Source of the DNA: an uncultured Planctomycetaceae bacterium
GTDB taxonomy: Bacteria; Planctomycetota; Planctomycetia; Planctomycetales; Planctomycetaceae
Reading direction: 5' to 3'
DNA length: 64,000 bases
Assembly (NCBI GenBank): GCA_963813715.1
Contig: CAWFAK010000005.1
Coordinates: 800,001 to 864,000 of the forward strand
This document shows, piece after piece, positions 24,437-35,246 of the stretch (position 1 is the first letter of the stretch; each line of letters opens with the position of its first letter). The notes beneath the pieces are model-generated. The model did not search any database. It saw nothing but the letters and a program-made list of their open reading frames with translations, and was not told where the DNA came from. The position numbers and the translations under genes were made by a program.

Positions 24437-24946
24437 ATGGGACAGTCGATGATGCGTCGGAGGAACCGAGCGCTCGTGGCAATAGCGGCGACGGTTGCTG
24501 TTGCTTGGATTGCCTGGTTCTTGCTGCGACGAGGCTTGCACCAAGAAAGGATTCTAACGGACCCAGGACCAATTCTCAGTGTGGAGTGTACGCACAAACC
24601 CGGCAATGCAACGAATGACTACGAGTGGAGCCTGACGCTCGACGCTAACGGGAATGGAGAATTCACAAAATGGCCCAGCCTCTTTAGCAGGCGATCCGTG
24701 CCAATCTCCGTACCACAACAGATTCCCCAACTACAGAAGGCGGTCAACGACTGCCGTCTCTCTCAGCTACCTTCGCAGATCGGCGGCGCCGTCCTTGACA
24801 GCTCGACGGATCGCTTGAGAATCAAGACCACGCATCTCGACAAGACGATCACCATCGGATTTGTGCAGCCCGCTGAGGATAACGACGATGTTCGTTGTGT
24901 TTATCGGCTTTGGACCGCCATTCAGCAGTGCGCACCGAAACTATGA
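24437..24946 (+). CDS. hypothetical membrane-anchored protein
   Basis: 169 aa ORF with one N-terminal hydrophobic helix; fills gap between genes; visibly more AT-rich codons. Confidence 0.6.
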   Translation: MGQSMMRRRNRALVAIAATVAVAWIAWFLLRRGLHQERILTDPGPILSVECTHKPGNATNDYEWSLTLDANGNGEFTKWPSLFSRRSVPISVPQQIPQLQKAVNDCRLSQLPSQIGGAVLDSSTDRLRIKTTHLDKTITIGFVQPAEDNDDVRCVYRLWTAIQQCAPKL

Positions 24947-25044
24947 CGTTCAATGAAGCCGCAGCCATCGTCGCCTCACTGAGCGAGCATGGTCTACAGG
25001 CGCCGAACCAGCGGCCTTAGGAATCACAGCGATCGGGAGGGAGC

Positions 25045-26244
25045 ATGACAGTTGCGCTCGCCTGGTTAGGGATCGCATTGGCCGGGTTTGCCGATCTGCC
25101 GGCGAAGGTCGATCTCAAGCCGCAATTTCAGGACTTCGGGCTGACAGCGCGGCAGCAGGGAAACCGTGACGATTGCTCGCTGTTCGCCGTCACCGGCGTC
25201 GTCGAGTACGAAACGGCCCGGCATCTCTCGAAGAAGGGCGAGCGGCTTTCGGAGGAGTTCTTGATTTGGGCCAGCGACAAGGCTTCCGGGCAAACGGGCG
25301 ATCAGGCCATGTTCTGGAAGGCCGTCGCGGGGCTCAACACCTACGGGGTTTGTTCCGAGGAGCGGATGCCGTACGGACCCAAGACGAGAGCGCAGCGGCG
25401 TCCGTCGCCGCAAGCCGTGGCCGAGGCTCGCGAGCTGGCCGAGCGGTGGCAAGTCGACTGGATCAAACGCTGGTCGGTCGATCGACGGCTCACCGATCGA
25501 CAGTTGGTCGAGATCAAGCAGGCCCTGGCCCACGGGCACCCGGTCGCCTGCGGGCTGCGCTGGCCCAAGGACTTGAAAGGCTTCGGCCTGCTCAATGTGC
25601 CGACGCCCAACCAGGTCTTCGACGGACACAGCATCATGTTCGTCGGCTACGAGGACAGTCCGGGTAAGCCGGGCGGCGGAGCATTCACGTTTCGCAATAG
25701 CGACGGTCCAAACTGGGGACAGCAGGGTTACGGCCTGATCTCCTACGCGTACGCGAAGGCCTACGCCAACGATGCGCTTTGGCTGCGATTGGAGCCGCCC
25801 CGCTCCGAAGTGCCCACGGTGCGTTACGAGGGCGAGTCGATGCGGGTGCTGGCGGCCTCCGGTTGCCAGGCGTCGCCGCAGCGGATGAACGGCTTTAGCC
25901 CGAAGCTGTGGAGCCACGGCGAGCAACTCTTCTGCAACGCCAAAAAGGAGGGCTCCGTGCGATTGGGCTTCGAGGTTCGCAAGCCGGGCCACTACCGCGT
26001 GCGGATGCTGGGCACTGCCGGGCCCGACTTCGGCACAATCGCTGTAGCCCTCGATGGCAGAAACGTGCCGGGCGCGTTCGATCTCTATTGCGGCCAGGTC
26101 GCGCCCGCCGGTGGGCTCGAGTTAGGAACCCACGACCTGGCGGCCGGCTCGCACACTCTGCGAATCACGGCGATCGGCAAGGACTCGACGTCGAAGGGTT
26201 TCTCGTTTGGCGTCGACGCGCTCGACCTCATCGCGGCGCGGTGA
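25045..26244 (+). CDS. secreted papain-like C1 cysteine peptidase with C-terminal beta-sandwich (CBM-like) domain
   Basis: 'QQGNRDDCSLFA' (Gln/Cys), 'GHSIMFVGY' (His), 'FRNSDGPNWGQQGYG' (Asn); RBS gggagg. Confidence 0.85.
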   Translation: MTVALAWLGIALAGFADLPAKVDLKPQFQDFGLTARQQGNRDDCSLFAVTGVVEYETARHLSKKGERLSEEFLIWASDKASGQTGDQAMFWKAVAGLNTYGVCSEERMPYGPKTRAQRRPSPQAVAEARELAERWQVDWIKRWSVDRRLTDRQLVEIKQALAHGHPVACGLRWPKDLKGFGLLNVPTPNQVFDGHSIMFVGYEDSPGKPGGGAFTFRNSDGPNWGQQGYGLISYAYAKAYANDALWLRLEPPRSEVPTVRYEGESMRVLAASGCQASPQRMNGFSPKLWSHGEQLFCNAKKEGSVRLGFEVRKPGHYRVRMLGTAGPDFGTIAVALDGRNVPGAFDLYCGQVAPAGGLELGTHDLAAGSHTLRITAIGKDSTSKGFSFGVDALDLIAAR

Positions 26245-26405
26245 GCATTGGTAGGGTGTGATAAGGCCCGGGCCAGGCCGCAGGCACACCGTCTCTATTG
26301 AATGTGACACGTGTCCTGGCCGCTGAAGATGGTGTGCCGGCGTCCGCTTTGGCGGACTTGTCACACCCTATGCGGACTTGTCGCACCGTACGAAGGCGCC
26401 CCGCG

Positions 26406-26783
26406 TTAGCCGTGCACGATGGGCAGGCCGGCGTTTTTCCAGCCGCTGAAGCCGCCGTCCATCGAGATCACGTTGGTGTAGCCCATGTCCTGCAGGTTTT
26501 TCGCCGCCAATGCCGAGCGAAATCCACCGCCGCAATAGAGCACCAGTGGCGCGGATGTGTCCGGGATGGTCTTCTCGACGTCGCGCTCGATGACTCCTTT
26601 GCCCAAGTGAATGGCGCCCGGCAGGTGGCCGGCGGCCCACTCGCTGTCTTCGCGCACGTCGACGAGTTGAAACGCCTCTCTGCGGTCCAGTCGGCTCTTC
26701 ACGTCGGCGACCGTGCATTCTTTGACGTGTTGCTTGGCCTCGTTGACGATCTTGAGAAAGCCGGGGGGGTGTTGTTTACCCAT
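26406..26783 (-). CDS. rhodanese-like sulfurtransferase
   Basis: 'LVDVRE..EW..GHLPGA', 'LYCGGGFRS', 'MDGGFSGW'. Confidence 0.92.
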   Translation of the reverse strand: MGKQHPPGFLKIVNEAKQHVKECTVADVKSRLDRREAFQLVDVREDSEWAAGHLPGAIHLGKGVIERDVEKTIPDTSAPLVLYCGGGFRSALAAKNLQDMGYTNVISMDGGFSGWKNAGLPIVHG

Positions 26784-26847
26784 TGTGGTCCTCCGGCTTG
26801 AATCTTATGCGGGCCGCCGATCGAGAGAAATCAAGGGGCCCGCGAAA

Positions 26848-27657
26848 TTAAGGGGACAGCGAAATCAAGAAGCGATTGATGGCCCCGTTGACCGCGTCGG
26901 GATTCTCCAACGGCGCGAGATGTCCCGCATTGGGAATCTGCACGAACTGAGCGTGCGGGATGGCGACCGTCATCTGCTGCATTTCCGCGGGGGGCGTTAC
27001 CTGGTCGTCCTGCCCGCAGATGACGAGCGTCGGCACGTCGATTTGGCCGAGAATCTCGCTGCAGTCGGGCCGCTCGGCCATGCCGCGTAGCGCGGCGGCG
27101 ATGCCGGCCGGCTTGTTGCGCACGATCTGGGAGCGAACGTTGGCGACCAGATCGGGCCAGCGCTCAGTCGTTTTGGCTGACATCAGTTTGGGGAGCAAGG
27201 TTTCGGCGGCGGAGGCGCCTTGCGTCATTACGGTCTCGGCCAGCTTGTGCCGCCCGGCGGCGGCGTCGGGCGTGTCGGCAGTCGCCCGCGTGTCGCAAAG
27301 GATTAGGGCGGCCAGTTGGGCCCGGTATTTGCGAAAGAATTGCCAGGCGATGTAGCCCCCCATCGACAGGCCGCAGTAGACGACCGGGCGATCTACCATC
27401 GCCGCGTGCAGGATGCCGTGCAGGTCGTCGGCCATGTCTTCCATGGTGACGGTGCCGGCCGTTACGGTGCTCTCGCCGAACCCGCGGAGGTCGGGCACGA
27501 TCACGCGATTCTTCTTGGTGAAGGCGTCGATCTGCGGCTGCCACATCGAGTGATTGAGAGGGAAGCCGTGCACGAACAGCAGCGGCAATCCCTTGCCTTG
27601 TGCGTAGACATTCAACGTCCCGTTAGTAACCGCGACATGCTGCATGGAAATCCTCAT
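26848..27657 (-). CDS. alpha/beta hydrolase (enol-lactonase-like)
   Basis: 'FVHGFP', 'PDLRGFGES', nucleophile 'GLSMGG', 'GQDD', 'AGHL'; start may be 27645. Confidence 0.9.
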   Translation of the reverse strand: MRISMQHVAVTNGTLNVYAQGKGLPLLFVHGFPLNHSMWQPQIDAFTKKNRVIVPDLRGFGESTVTAGTVTMEDMADDLHGILHAAMVDRPVVYCGLSMGGYIAWQFFRKYRAQLAALILCDTRATADTPDAAAGRHKLAETVMTQGASAAETLLPKLMSAKTTERWPDLVANVRSQIVRNKPAGIAAALRGMAERPDCSEILGQIDVPTLVICGQDDQVTPPAEMQQMTVAIPHAQFVQIPNAGHLAPLENPDAVNGAINRFLISLSP

Positions 27658-27797
27658 TCCGAGCGCGGTCGTGACGTGCGGCGAAGGGCCCGATTCGTCT
27701 TCGCCTGAGCCTGCGATATGATAGCGACGCCCTCAGATCGGTGCCCGCGTGAATTTTCTTTCTGCCAAATGTTTAACTTCTGTGAAATGATCAACTG

Positions 27798-29035
27798 ATG
27801 GATACGTTGCTCGATCGATTTCTCCGCTACGCACGGATCGATACGCAGGCGGTCGAAGGCGCGAGTGGTTACCCCAGCTCGGCCAAACAGCTCGAGCTGT
27901 CCAAGCTGCTCGGGCGCGAGTGTCGCGAAATCGGCCTCGCCGATGTGACGCTGACCGAATTCGGCATCGTGACGGGGACGGTGCCCGCCTCGGCCGGTTG
28001 CCAGGTCGCCGGGCATCGCCTGGTTCGCGCACGTCGATACGTCGCCCGAGTTCACGGCCGAAAACGTGCGACCTGTCGTGCATGCCAACTACGACGGGCG
28101 CGATCTCGTGCTGCCGGGCGACACGCGGCGTGTGCTGCGCACTTCGGAGAATCCCGCCCTCACCAAGCTGGTCGGCCGCACCATCATCACCACGGACGGC
28201 ACGACACTCCTGGGCGCGGACGACAAGTCGGGAATCGCCGTGATCATGACGGCGGCCGTCCATCTGCTGAATCATCCGGAAATCGTCCACGGGCCAATCC
28301 GCGTTTGCTTCACCTGTGACGAAGAAGTTGGACACGGCGTCGACCACGTCGATCTCGAAAATCTGGGCGTCGTCTGCGGCTACACGCTCGACAGCGAGGG
28401 CTCCGGCCGCATCGACAGCGAAACCTTTTCAGCCGACTTGGCCGTGGTCAAAGTGACCGGCATCAATACGCATCCGTCGGTCGGCAAAGGGGCGATGGTC
28501 AACGCGGTGCGAATCTTGAGCGAGTTCATCAGTCGCCTCCCGACCGACCGGTTGAGTCCGGAGACCACCGACGGCCGCGATGGATTCTTGCATCCCTACC
28601 AGATTACCGGGGGCGTCGAGTCGGCTTCGGCGCGGATCATTCTCCGCGACTTCGAGACGCCGACGCTCGCCGAGCACGCCAAGTTGTTGGAGCGGATTGC
28701 CGTCGAGCTGCGACAGAAACACCCGCGGGCGCGGATCGAGATCGAAATTCACAAGCAATATCGCAACATGCGCGAGGGGTTGGACAAGGAACCCCGCGCG
28801 CTGGCCAAGGCGATCGAAGCGGTGCGGGCCGCCGGACTCGATCCGCGACCTTTCGCAGATTCGCGGCGGCACGGATGGATCGGTGCTCACCGAACGAGGC
28901 CTGCCGACGCCCAACCTCTCCTCGGGCCAGCACAATCCGCACTGCCCGCTCGAGTGGACGTGTCTGGAAGAGATGCAGCAGGCCGTCGACATTTTGACCG
29001 AGTTGGCCAAGGCCTGGGGCCGGGAAAAGGGCTGA
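27798..29035 (+). CDS. pepT: peptidase T (tripeptidase), frameshifted near 28000 and 28850
   Basis: 'RFLRYARIDTQ', 'AHVDTS', 'LGADDKSG', 'CDEEVG', 'ETFSA', 'QYRNM', 'IRGGTDG', 'PNL'. Confidence 0.9.
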
Positions 29036-29118
29036 CGCGCGGCAGACGGACGAGCGCTGCTCTGCGTCGCTGCCGACCGCATCGCGCAGGTCTTCGTCAG
29101 CCGCGGAGTGGAACCGGC

Positions 29119-30447
29119 CTAAGCCGTCGGCACTTTTCGCAGCGCCCGGGCCGTGCCGTTGCGGCTGACGAAAACCGTCTGCTCGCGGTCCGGGCCGACG
29201 GAGACGATTTCGACCGGGGCGCCGACGAGGTCGGCCACCGCTTCGATGTAGCGTTTGGCGGCCGGCGGAAAGTCTTCGTAGTGCCGCACCTGCGAGATGT
29301 CGCACATCCAGCCGGGCAGCGAGCGGTAGACGGGGATCGCCCGCGCGAGATCTTCGGCATGGCTCGGAAAGTCGCTGGTCCGTTTGCCGTCGATTTCATA
29401 GGCGTCGCAGATCTTGAGTTCTTCGAGGCCGCTGAGAACGTCCAAGAGCGCAATCGCGATGCAGTCGACGCCGCTCAAGCGTGCGCCGTACCCCGCGGCG
29501 ACACCGTCGAACCAGCCGCAGCGACGTGGACGTCGAGTCACCGTTCCGTACTCGTTCCCGACCTCGCGGATGTAATCGCCGGTGGCATCGTGGAGTTCGG
29601 TGACGAACGGGCCGCCCCCCACGCGCGAGCTGTAGGCTTTGACGACGCCGATCATCTTGCTGATGGCCCGCTCTGAAACGCCGCTGCCGTTGTGGACGCC
29701 GCAGCCCGAGCTGTTGGAGCTGGTGACGAACGGGAACGTTCCGTGGTCGAGGTCCAGCAGGCTTCCCTGGGCGCCCTCGAACAGGATCCGCTTGCCTTCG
29801 CGAATCGCGCGGTGCAGGTAAGTGGTGGTGTCGGTGACGTAGGGCCGCAGCCGATCCGCGTAGGCGGAGTATTCCTGGTAAATGGCGGCGGCGTCGAGCG
29901 GTTTGAACTCGGGATCGAGCGCGGTCAGGATCGTGTTCTTTTGCGCGACGATGTCGGTCAGCCGTCCGCGGAGGAACTCGGGGCGGCACAAATCACCCAC
30001 GCGTATGGCCTGTGATCGGCCCGCCTTGTCGCGATAGCAGGTGCCGATGCCCCGCATCGTGGTGCCGATGGGATCTTTGCTGCGGCTCTTCTCCAACACG
30101 GCTTCTTCGAGAACGTGATAAGGGAAGATCACGTGGGCCCGGTCGCTGATTAGCAGGCTGCCGGGAACCAACGGGCCGCGGCGGGCCGTGATCGCGTCGA
30201 GCTCGCTCAGAAAGGCCTTGGGATCGAGGACGATTCCAGTGGCGATCACCGACACGACTTTGGGATGCAGGATGCCCGCCGGCAAGAGCGACAGCTTGTA
30301 CGTGTCGCCGTTGAAGACGACCGTATGTCCGGCGTTGTTGCCTCCCTGATAGCGAACGACGATATCGTGCTCGTCGGTCAGCAGGTCGACAATTTTCCCT
30401 TTGGCTTCGTCACCCCACTGCAGACCGACCACCGAAGTAGCGGACAC
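29119..30447 (-). CDS. purA: adenylosuccinate synthetase
   Basis: '[11 protein letters not shown]', 'GGNNAGHT', 'EGAQG.LLD.DHGT', '[16 protein letters not shown]'; GTG start. Confidence 0.97.
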   Translation of the reverse strand: MSATSVVGLQWGDEAKGKIVDLLTDEHDIVVRYQGGNNAGHTVVFNGDTYKLSLLPAGILHPKVVSVIATGIVLDPKAFLSELDAITARRGPLVPGSLLISDRAHVIFPYHVLEEAVLEKSRSKDPIGTTMRGIGTCYRDKAGRSQAIRVGDLCRPEFLRGRLTDIVAQKNTILTALDPEFKPLDAAAIYQEYSAYADRLRPYVTDTTTYLHRAIREGKRILFEGAQGSLLDLDHGTFPFVTSSNSSGCGVHNGSGVSERAISKMIGVVKAYSSRVGGGPFVTELHDATGDYIREVGNEYGTVTRRPRRCGWFDGVAAGYGARLSGVDCIAIALLDVLSGLEELKICDAYEIDGKRTSDFPSHAEDLARAIPVYRSLPGWMCDISQVRHYEDFPPAAKRYIEAVADLVGAPVEIVSVGPDREQTVFVSRNGTARALRKVPTA

Positions 30448-30843
30448 GAAATTGCCTCGTCTGTTTTCCAATGGACGCCCGAAGAGGAACGGCCCGCCGG
30501 TCTTTCGGCTCGTGACAGCTGGTGAAAAGACCTGGCGCTTTGGCTCGGAACCCGTTTCGGAATAAGAACACGCGTCGCAGCGGCCGCGCGCGAACCCGAC
30601 CAGTCTACATCATTTATCGGCCTTCCGGGAGCCGCGGAAGCGTGATCGTCGGGCAACCGACCACCCTTCGCGCGCGAAGGGTGGGCCCGGCAACCGGCGG
30701 AATGAGCCATTGCAGCCCGATTTCCTTCAAGCGTCCGCCCCTGGCAGGCGTATAGAATCTAAGAAGAAACACTGTGAAACCTCTGACCGTCGGCTTCCGC
30801 CTCCCCTCCGGATTCCGAAGTCTGGAAGGCTTGAGTGCGAGCG

Positions 30844-31218
30844 ATGTCGACCGTCAAGAAGCGAGTGTTGGTAGTCGACGACGACCCCGAGCTGGTCGCG
30901 AGCGTGCGGGCCGCCCTGCTGACGCGAGGCTACGACGTGTCGGTGGCCGGGGACGGGGCCGAGGCGCTGGCTCAGATCGAACGCACCCGCCCCGACCTGA
31001 TGCTGCTCGACCTGGTGATGCCCCGCCGCAGCGGGATCAACGTGCTTGATCGCATGGTCCGCGGCGCGATCCGGGCCACTCCCGTGATCATGATGACGGC
31101 CACCGACGAATTAAAGCACCGCGAATGCGCGGCCCTCCGTGGCGTCTCGGTCTTCCTGTCGAAGCCCTTCCCGATCGAAGACCTGCTCGCCGAAGTCGAC
31201 ACGATGCTGGGGGCCTGA
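30844..31218 (+). CDS. single-domain response regulator (receiver)
   Basis: 'VLVVDDD', 'PDLMLLDLVMP..SG', 'MMTA', 'LSKPF'. Confidence 0.92.
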   Translation: MSTVKKRVLVVDDDPELVASVRAALLTRGYDVSVAGDGAEALAQIERTRPDLMLLDLVMPRRSGINVLDRMVRGAIRATPVIMMTATDELKHRECAALRGVSVFLSKPFPIEDLLAEVDTMLGA

Positions 31219-31232
31219 GGCGCGTAGCACGC

Positions 31233-31862
31233 TTACTTGGTCGGTTTACGTCGCCGGGTGCGCTCATAGCGAATCATGCAGCCGCTGGCCTGGGTTTCGG
31301 CCGGGCTCGCTTTCGCGCCGGTGAGGACCGCTTCGACGGCCGGCTCGACGTAGGCGTGCTTCATCTTTGTCGGCTCGACGTTGTCGTCGAAGGCGCCCAT
31401 GTAGGCCACCTTGCGGTCCTTGTCGAGCACGAAGAATTCGGGCGTGAAGGCCGCTCCGTAGGCCTTGCCGATTTTCTGGCTTTGATCGAACAGGTAGGGA
31501 TAGGGAAAGGCCTTGGCGGCCGCCCGTTCCTTCATGTGCGGCAGTTGGTCCTCTTCCACCGTGTTGCAGTTGATTGCCACCAGCCCCGCCTTTTGCCCCG
31601 GTCCGCAATACTTTTTGGCGAAGGCGATCATGCGGTCTTCGTAATCGCTGGCGATGGGACAGCTGTTGCAGGTGAAGACGACGACCAGCACCTGGCGATC
31701 CTGCAGATCGGCCATCGAGTGCTTCTTGCCGTCGACGCCCGGCAGATCGCGCCAGGCGGGGGCCGGGTCGCCGATGCTCAGGATCGAGTTGTATTGGCCG
31801 GCCTGTGCGACCGCGGCGCACATCCAAGAGAGGGCAGCCAGCGCGAGTGTCCAGCGATTCAT
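31233..31862 (-). CDS. secreted thioredoxin-fold (AhpC/TSA-like) protein
   Basis: Signal peptide, 'FTCNSCP', 'TPEFFVLD', 'YMGAFDD', 'GC.I'. Confidence 0.88.
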   Translation of the reverse strand: MNRWTLALAALSWMCAAVAQAGQYNSILSIGDPAPAWRDLPGVDGKKHSMADLQDRQVLVVVFTCNSCPIASDYEDRMIAFAKKYCGPGQKAGLVAINCNTVEEDQLPHMKERAAAKAFPYPYLFDQSQKIGKAYGAAFTPEFFVLDKDRKVAYMGAFDDNVEPTKMKHAYVEPAVEAVLTGAKASPAETQASGCMIRYERTRRRKPTK

Positions 31863-32285
31863 GAGGGGTGTCTTTCAGCTCAGGTTGGGGCCGCCGACGG
31901 GCTCAATCGCCCACCGCAGCCCTTGGCAAACCACGATAGTTGCGGCCGCCAAACCGCGTCAAACGAGCTCCCTTTTCTGCGCAAAGGCCGGCAGGGAAAG
32001 CCTGTGGACGTCGCCCTTGGACGGCCAATGTCGCGATCCGGGCAGACTTTGTCGAAAAACCGGCCGTGGTGCCGGTTGCGACGTCCTCAGCCGCCGCCGT
32101 TTCAGCCAATTTGGCGAGTCCGAGGGCTGTTTGGAGTCGCCCTAGATGTTAGAGTAGATCGTGCGGGCCGCGTGCTTTGGGGTTGGGGGTCGTACGCGCC
32201 GCTTGGTCCGACGTTAGGCAAAAGCATCGGACAACCGGGGCACCGGCCGCAAGGAAACAGGGTTCAGGAGCGGGGATCGACGTCG

Positions 32286-33332
32286 ATGCGGATTCGAGGA
32301 GCATGGTTGCCGGCGTTGGCCGGTTTGCTGGTGACGTTGGCGAGCGTCGACCGGGTTGCCGCAGACCCCCCCAACGGAGCTGCCGCCGGAGCCGACTCGG
32401 GCAAATTCGTTAAGTTGTATAACGGCAAGGATCTCTCGGGCTGGGACATCCACCACGGCAACATTGGGGCCTGGAAGGCCAACGGCGAACTGATCAGTTG
32501 CGTGGGCGCGGGCGGCGGCTGGCTGCGGACGGACAAGTACTTCAGCGATTTCGTCCTCAAGCTCGACTGGCGAATTCCCAAGGACGGCAACAGCGGCGTC
32601 GGCCTGCGGTTTCCCCCGAACGGCGACCCGGCCCACGAGGGTATGGAAATCCAAATCCTCGACGACAACGCCGAGGTCTACAGAAACATGAAACTCGTCC
32701 CCGCCCAGCACACGGGGGGCATCTATTACCAGGCGCCGGCCAAGCAGGGTGTCGCCAAGCCCGCCGGCGAATGGAACCACTACGAAATCACCTGCCTGGG
32801 CCCGCACGTCATCGTCAAGCTCAACGGTCAGGCCGTGACCGACGTGATGGTCGACCAATTCACAACCGGCGCCGGCGGCCACAAGGCCCTGTCCGAGCGG
32901 CCGCAGGTCGGATACATCGGCCTACAGAGCCACGCCTCGGGCGGCACGACCTTCGAGCCGATTGACTTTCGCAACATCGAGCTGAAGGATTTGACAACCG
33001 CCCTGCCGTCCGGACTGCATTACGTCGACCTGGTCGAGGGGACGGGCCCGGTGGTGCCGGTCGGTGCCACCATCCAGGCTCACTACACCGGTTGGCTAAC
33101 CGACGGGACGAAGTTCGACAGCAGCCGCGATCGCGGCAAGCCGCTGATGCTGCCCTTGTCGCGGGTCATTCCGGGCTGGCAGGCGGGGATTCCGGGAATG
33201 AAGGTTGGAGGCCGGCGAAAACTGATCATTCCGCCCGAGCTCGGTTATGGAACGCGGGGCGCGGGGCGGTTGATTCCGCCGAACTCGATGCTGGTATTCG
33301 ACGTTGAAGTTTTGAGCCTGGTTCCACAATAG
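32286..33332 (+). CDS. secreted DUF1080 (3-keto-disaccharide hydrolase-like) domain fused to FKBP-type PPIase
   Basis: 'LYNGKDLSGW', 'GNSGV', 'EIQILD', 'GEWN', 'GYIGLQSH', 'FRNI'; then 'HYTGWL.DG.KFDSSRDR', 'VIPGW', 'IIPPELGYG', 'LVFDVE'. Confidence 0.9.
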   Translation: MRIRGAWLPALAGLLVTLASVDRVAADPPNGAAAGADSGKFVKLYNGKDLSGWDIHHGNIGAWKANGELISCVGAGGGWLRTDKYFSDFVLKLDWRIPKDGNSGVGLRFPPNGDPAHEGMEIQILDDNAEVYRNMKLVPAQHTGGIYYQAPAKQGVAKPAGEWNHYEITCLGPHVIVKLNGQAVTDVMVDQFTTGAGGHKALSERPQVGYIGLQSHASGGTTFEPIDFRNIELKDLTTALPSGLHYVDLVEGTGPVVPVGATIQAHYTGWLTDGTKFDSSRDRGKPLMLPLSRVIPGWQAGIPGMKVGGRRKLIIPPELGYGTRGAGRLIPPNSMLVFDVEVLSLVPQ

Positions 33333-33421
33333 ATCCAGCAGAGCGCATTCGTTCGACACAAGGAAATCATCAACCCAGAGGCAGGGAGTCAGCCCGTTTT
33401 GAATCGGGGTCGAGGCCGAAC

Positions 33422-35155
33422 ATGTCGGTGTCCATTATTGCTTGTCCGTCCTGCAAATCTCTCGTCCTTCCGGACACGGCTCAGTGTCCGAATTGCGGCT
33501 TTGTGTTCGATGAAAAGCGGGCCGCCATCGAGCCGCCCACCCATGAACCCGTCGAAGCTCCGGAAGAGGAAATCCCTTGTCCCGGCTGTAACGAGCTGGT
33601 GAAGAAGGGGCTCGTCCGCTGCTGGAACTGCGGCACTTTCATGCAGCCGCACATCGCCGAGAGCTACAAGAAGATGCAGGTTTCGCCGCCCAAGGTGATC
33701 TATAGCCAGATCGACCAGGGGCACGAAGGGAGCAATTTCGGCGGCACGGTCAGCGATTCGGGGCGGCTCGTCGACAACGCGCATCCCCCCGAGGGACCAC
33801 CGGCCGACGCCGACGAGGACTTCGAGATCAACGACGGCGGAATGTCCGAAGATCCGAACGAGGAAGATTTCGACCTGGGCACCGCCGAACCGCCAGCCAC
33901 TCCCAACGAAATCGTGCAGTCGGCCCCGATCTTTGCTGAAAAGAAAGTCGAAGCGCCCAAGGCAGAAGTCAAAAAGGCCGAAAAGAAGTCGGCCCTCGGC
34001 GGGTTCGCGGACGACATGAACGCCGACGACGCGGTTCCTGGCGAAGGTTTGCTCCGCGTGGCCCTGGCCGAAGAGGCGGAAACCGGCAGTCGCAAACGCC
34101 TGCAAAAAGTGACCGACGAGCCCAAAAAATCGGGCTTCCAAGTCTTCTGCCCCAACGGGCATTGCATCGTAGTGCAGGAACGGCACCGTGGCCGCACCGG
34201 TCGCTGCCCCCGCTGCCGCGAGGTTTACGTCGTCCCCGCAGGAACTTGGGACGAAGAAAAGGCCCTGCAGGATGACGAGGCCAAAAAATCGGCCGCCATC
34301 ACAGCGGCCGTCAATGCCGACGATGCCAAGGGCGAAGATCAGCTCACGGAAATCTCGGCGGGAGAATACACCCGCTGGATGCTCGACAGCCACTTCCACG
34401 CCGTCGACCTCACCAAGCTCAAACTCAAGGCGGGCAGCCTGCTCAAGGACTTCCAGGACGCCGACATTGCCTTCGCTCCCGATGGGATGCTCGTCGTGCT
34501 GCTGGCAAAGAAGGGTGGACTCCTGGGCGGCGGCGGCGAGAAGAAAAAGCTCGCCACCCGCGACGCCGTCGTGCAGCACCTGAGCGAGGGGAAGGCCCGC
34601 CAGGATTTGCCCAGCGGCGCGAAATACTTCTTCCCGGCAGCCCAGGTCATGCAGCTGCGGATCGTGCAGCCGATCCCGTCGGCTGAGCAGTCGATGTTTG
34701 CCGGCGTCCCTGTGTTCGGCGAGGGCCGCATCGCCCTGCGACTGCCCAAGGTCGACGAGAGCCCCAATCCGCAGTTCCTGTCGTTCACGCTGTCGGAATT
34801 CCGACGGTTCGCCAAGATCCTTGGCGAATTCTACGGAGTGCCCGCGATCGGTGCCGATTGCGGCATTCCGCTCGAAGACGTCTTCAGCGAGCGGTTCTGC
34901 CACATCAGCAACCAGCCGATGAAGATCCTGGAGCACGTCGAGTTCTACAAGGACGATCCGGGATTCAAGCTCAAAGTCATCGGCTACAAGTGCGCCGGCT
35001 GCGGCCTTGTCATCAGCGAAGAATCGCGCGAGAAAGAAAAGCTCGGCGGCAAGGATGGCAAAAAGATCGCCAAGGCGCCCTGCCCGAAGTGCAAAAAGCC
35101 GTTCGGCAGCCTGCCGCAATATGCCTTCAACGTTCCCGGGGCCGTGGCGAAATAG
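33422..35155 (+). CDS. multi-zinc-ribbon hypothetical protein
   Basis: 577 aa with pairs CPSC/CPNC, CPGC/CWNC, CPNGH/CPRC, CAGC/CPKC and an acidic linker. Confidence 0.78.
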   Translation: MSVSIIACPSCKSLVLPDTAQCPNCGFVFDEKRAAIEPPTHEPVEAPEEEIPCPGCNELVKKGLVRCWNCGTFMQPHIAESYKKMQVSPPKVIYSQIDQGHEGSNFGGTVSDSGRLVDNAHPPEGPPADADEDFEINDGGMSEDPNEEDFDLGTAEPPATPNEIVQSAPIFAEKKVEAPKAEVKKAEKKSALGGFADDMNADDAVPGEGLLRVALAEEAETGSRKRLQKVTDEPKKSGFQVFCPNGHCIVVQERHRGRTGRCPRCREVYVVPAGTWDEEKALQDDEAKKSAAITAAVNADDAKGEDQLTEISAGEYTRWMLDSHFHAVDLTKLKLKAGSLLKDFQDADIAFAPDGMLVVLLAKKGGLLGGGGEKKKLATRDAVVQHLSEGKARQDLPSGAKYFFPAAQVMQLRIVQPIPSAEQSMFAGVPVFGEGRIALRLPKVDESPNPQFLSFTLSEFRRFAKILGEFYGVPAIGADCGIPLEDVFSERFCHISNQPMKILEHVEFYKDDPGFKLKVIGYKCAGCGLVISEESREKEKLGGKDGKKIAKAPCPKCKKPFGSLPQYAFNVPGAVAK

Positions 35156-35246
35156 GCCGCGAAGCGCGCAAATGACTCAGCCCAATGAAAAGGAAAACCA
35201 GTTCGTGCTCAGGTCATTTGGTCATTCCTTCGGCATTCGTGCTTCC

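Noticed and set aside
30448..30843. Purine-related riboswitch upstream of purA
   Set aside because: No recognisable aptamer consensus on the minus strand; a covariance-model search would be needed
31125..32285. 735-aa ORF as a larger fusion in front of DUF1080-FKBP
   Set aside because: The N-terminal part is antisense to the thioredoxin gene; a signal peptide starts at ATG 32286
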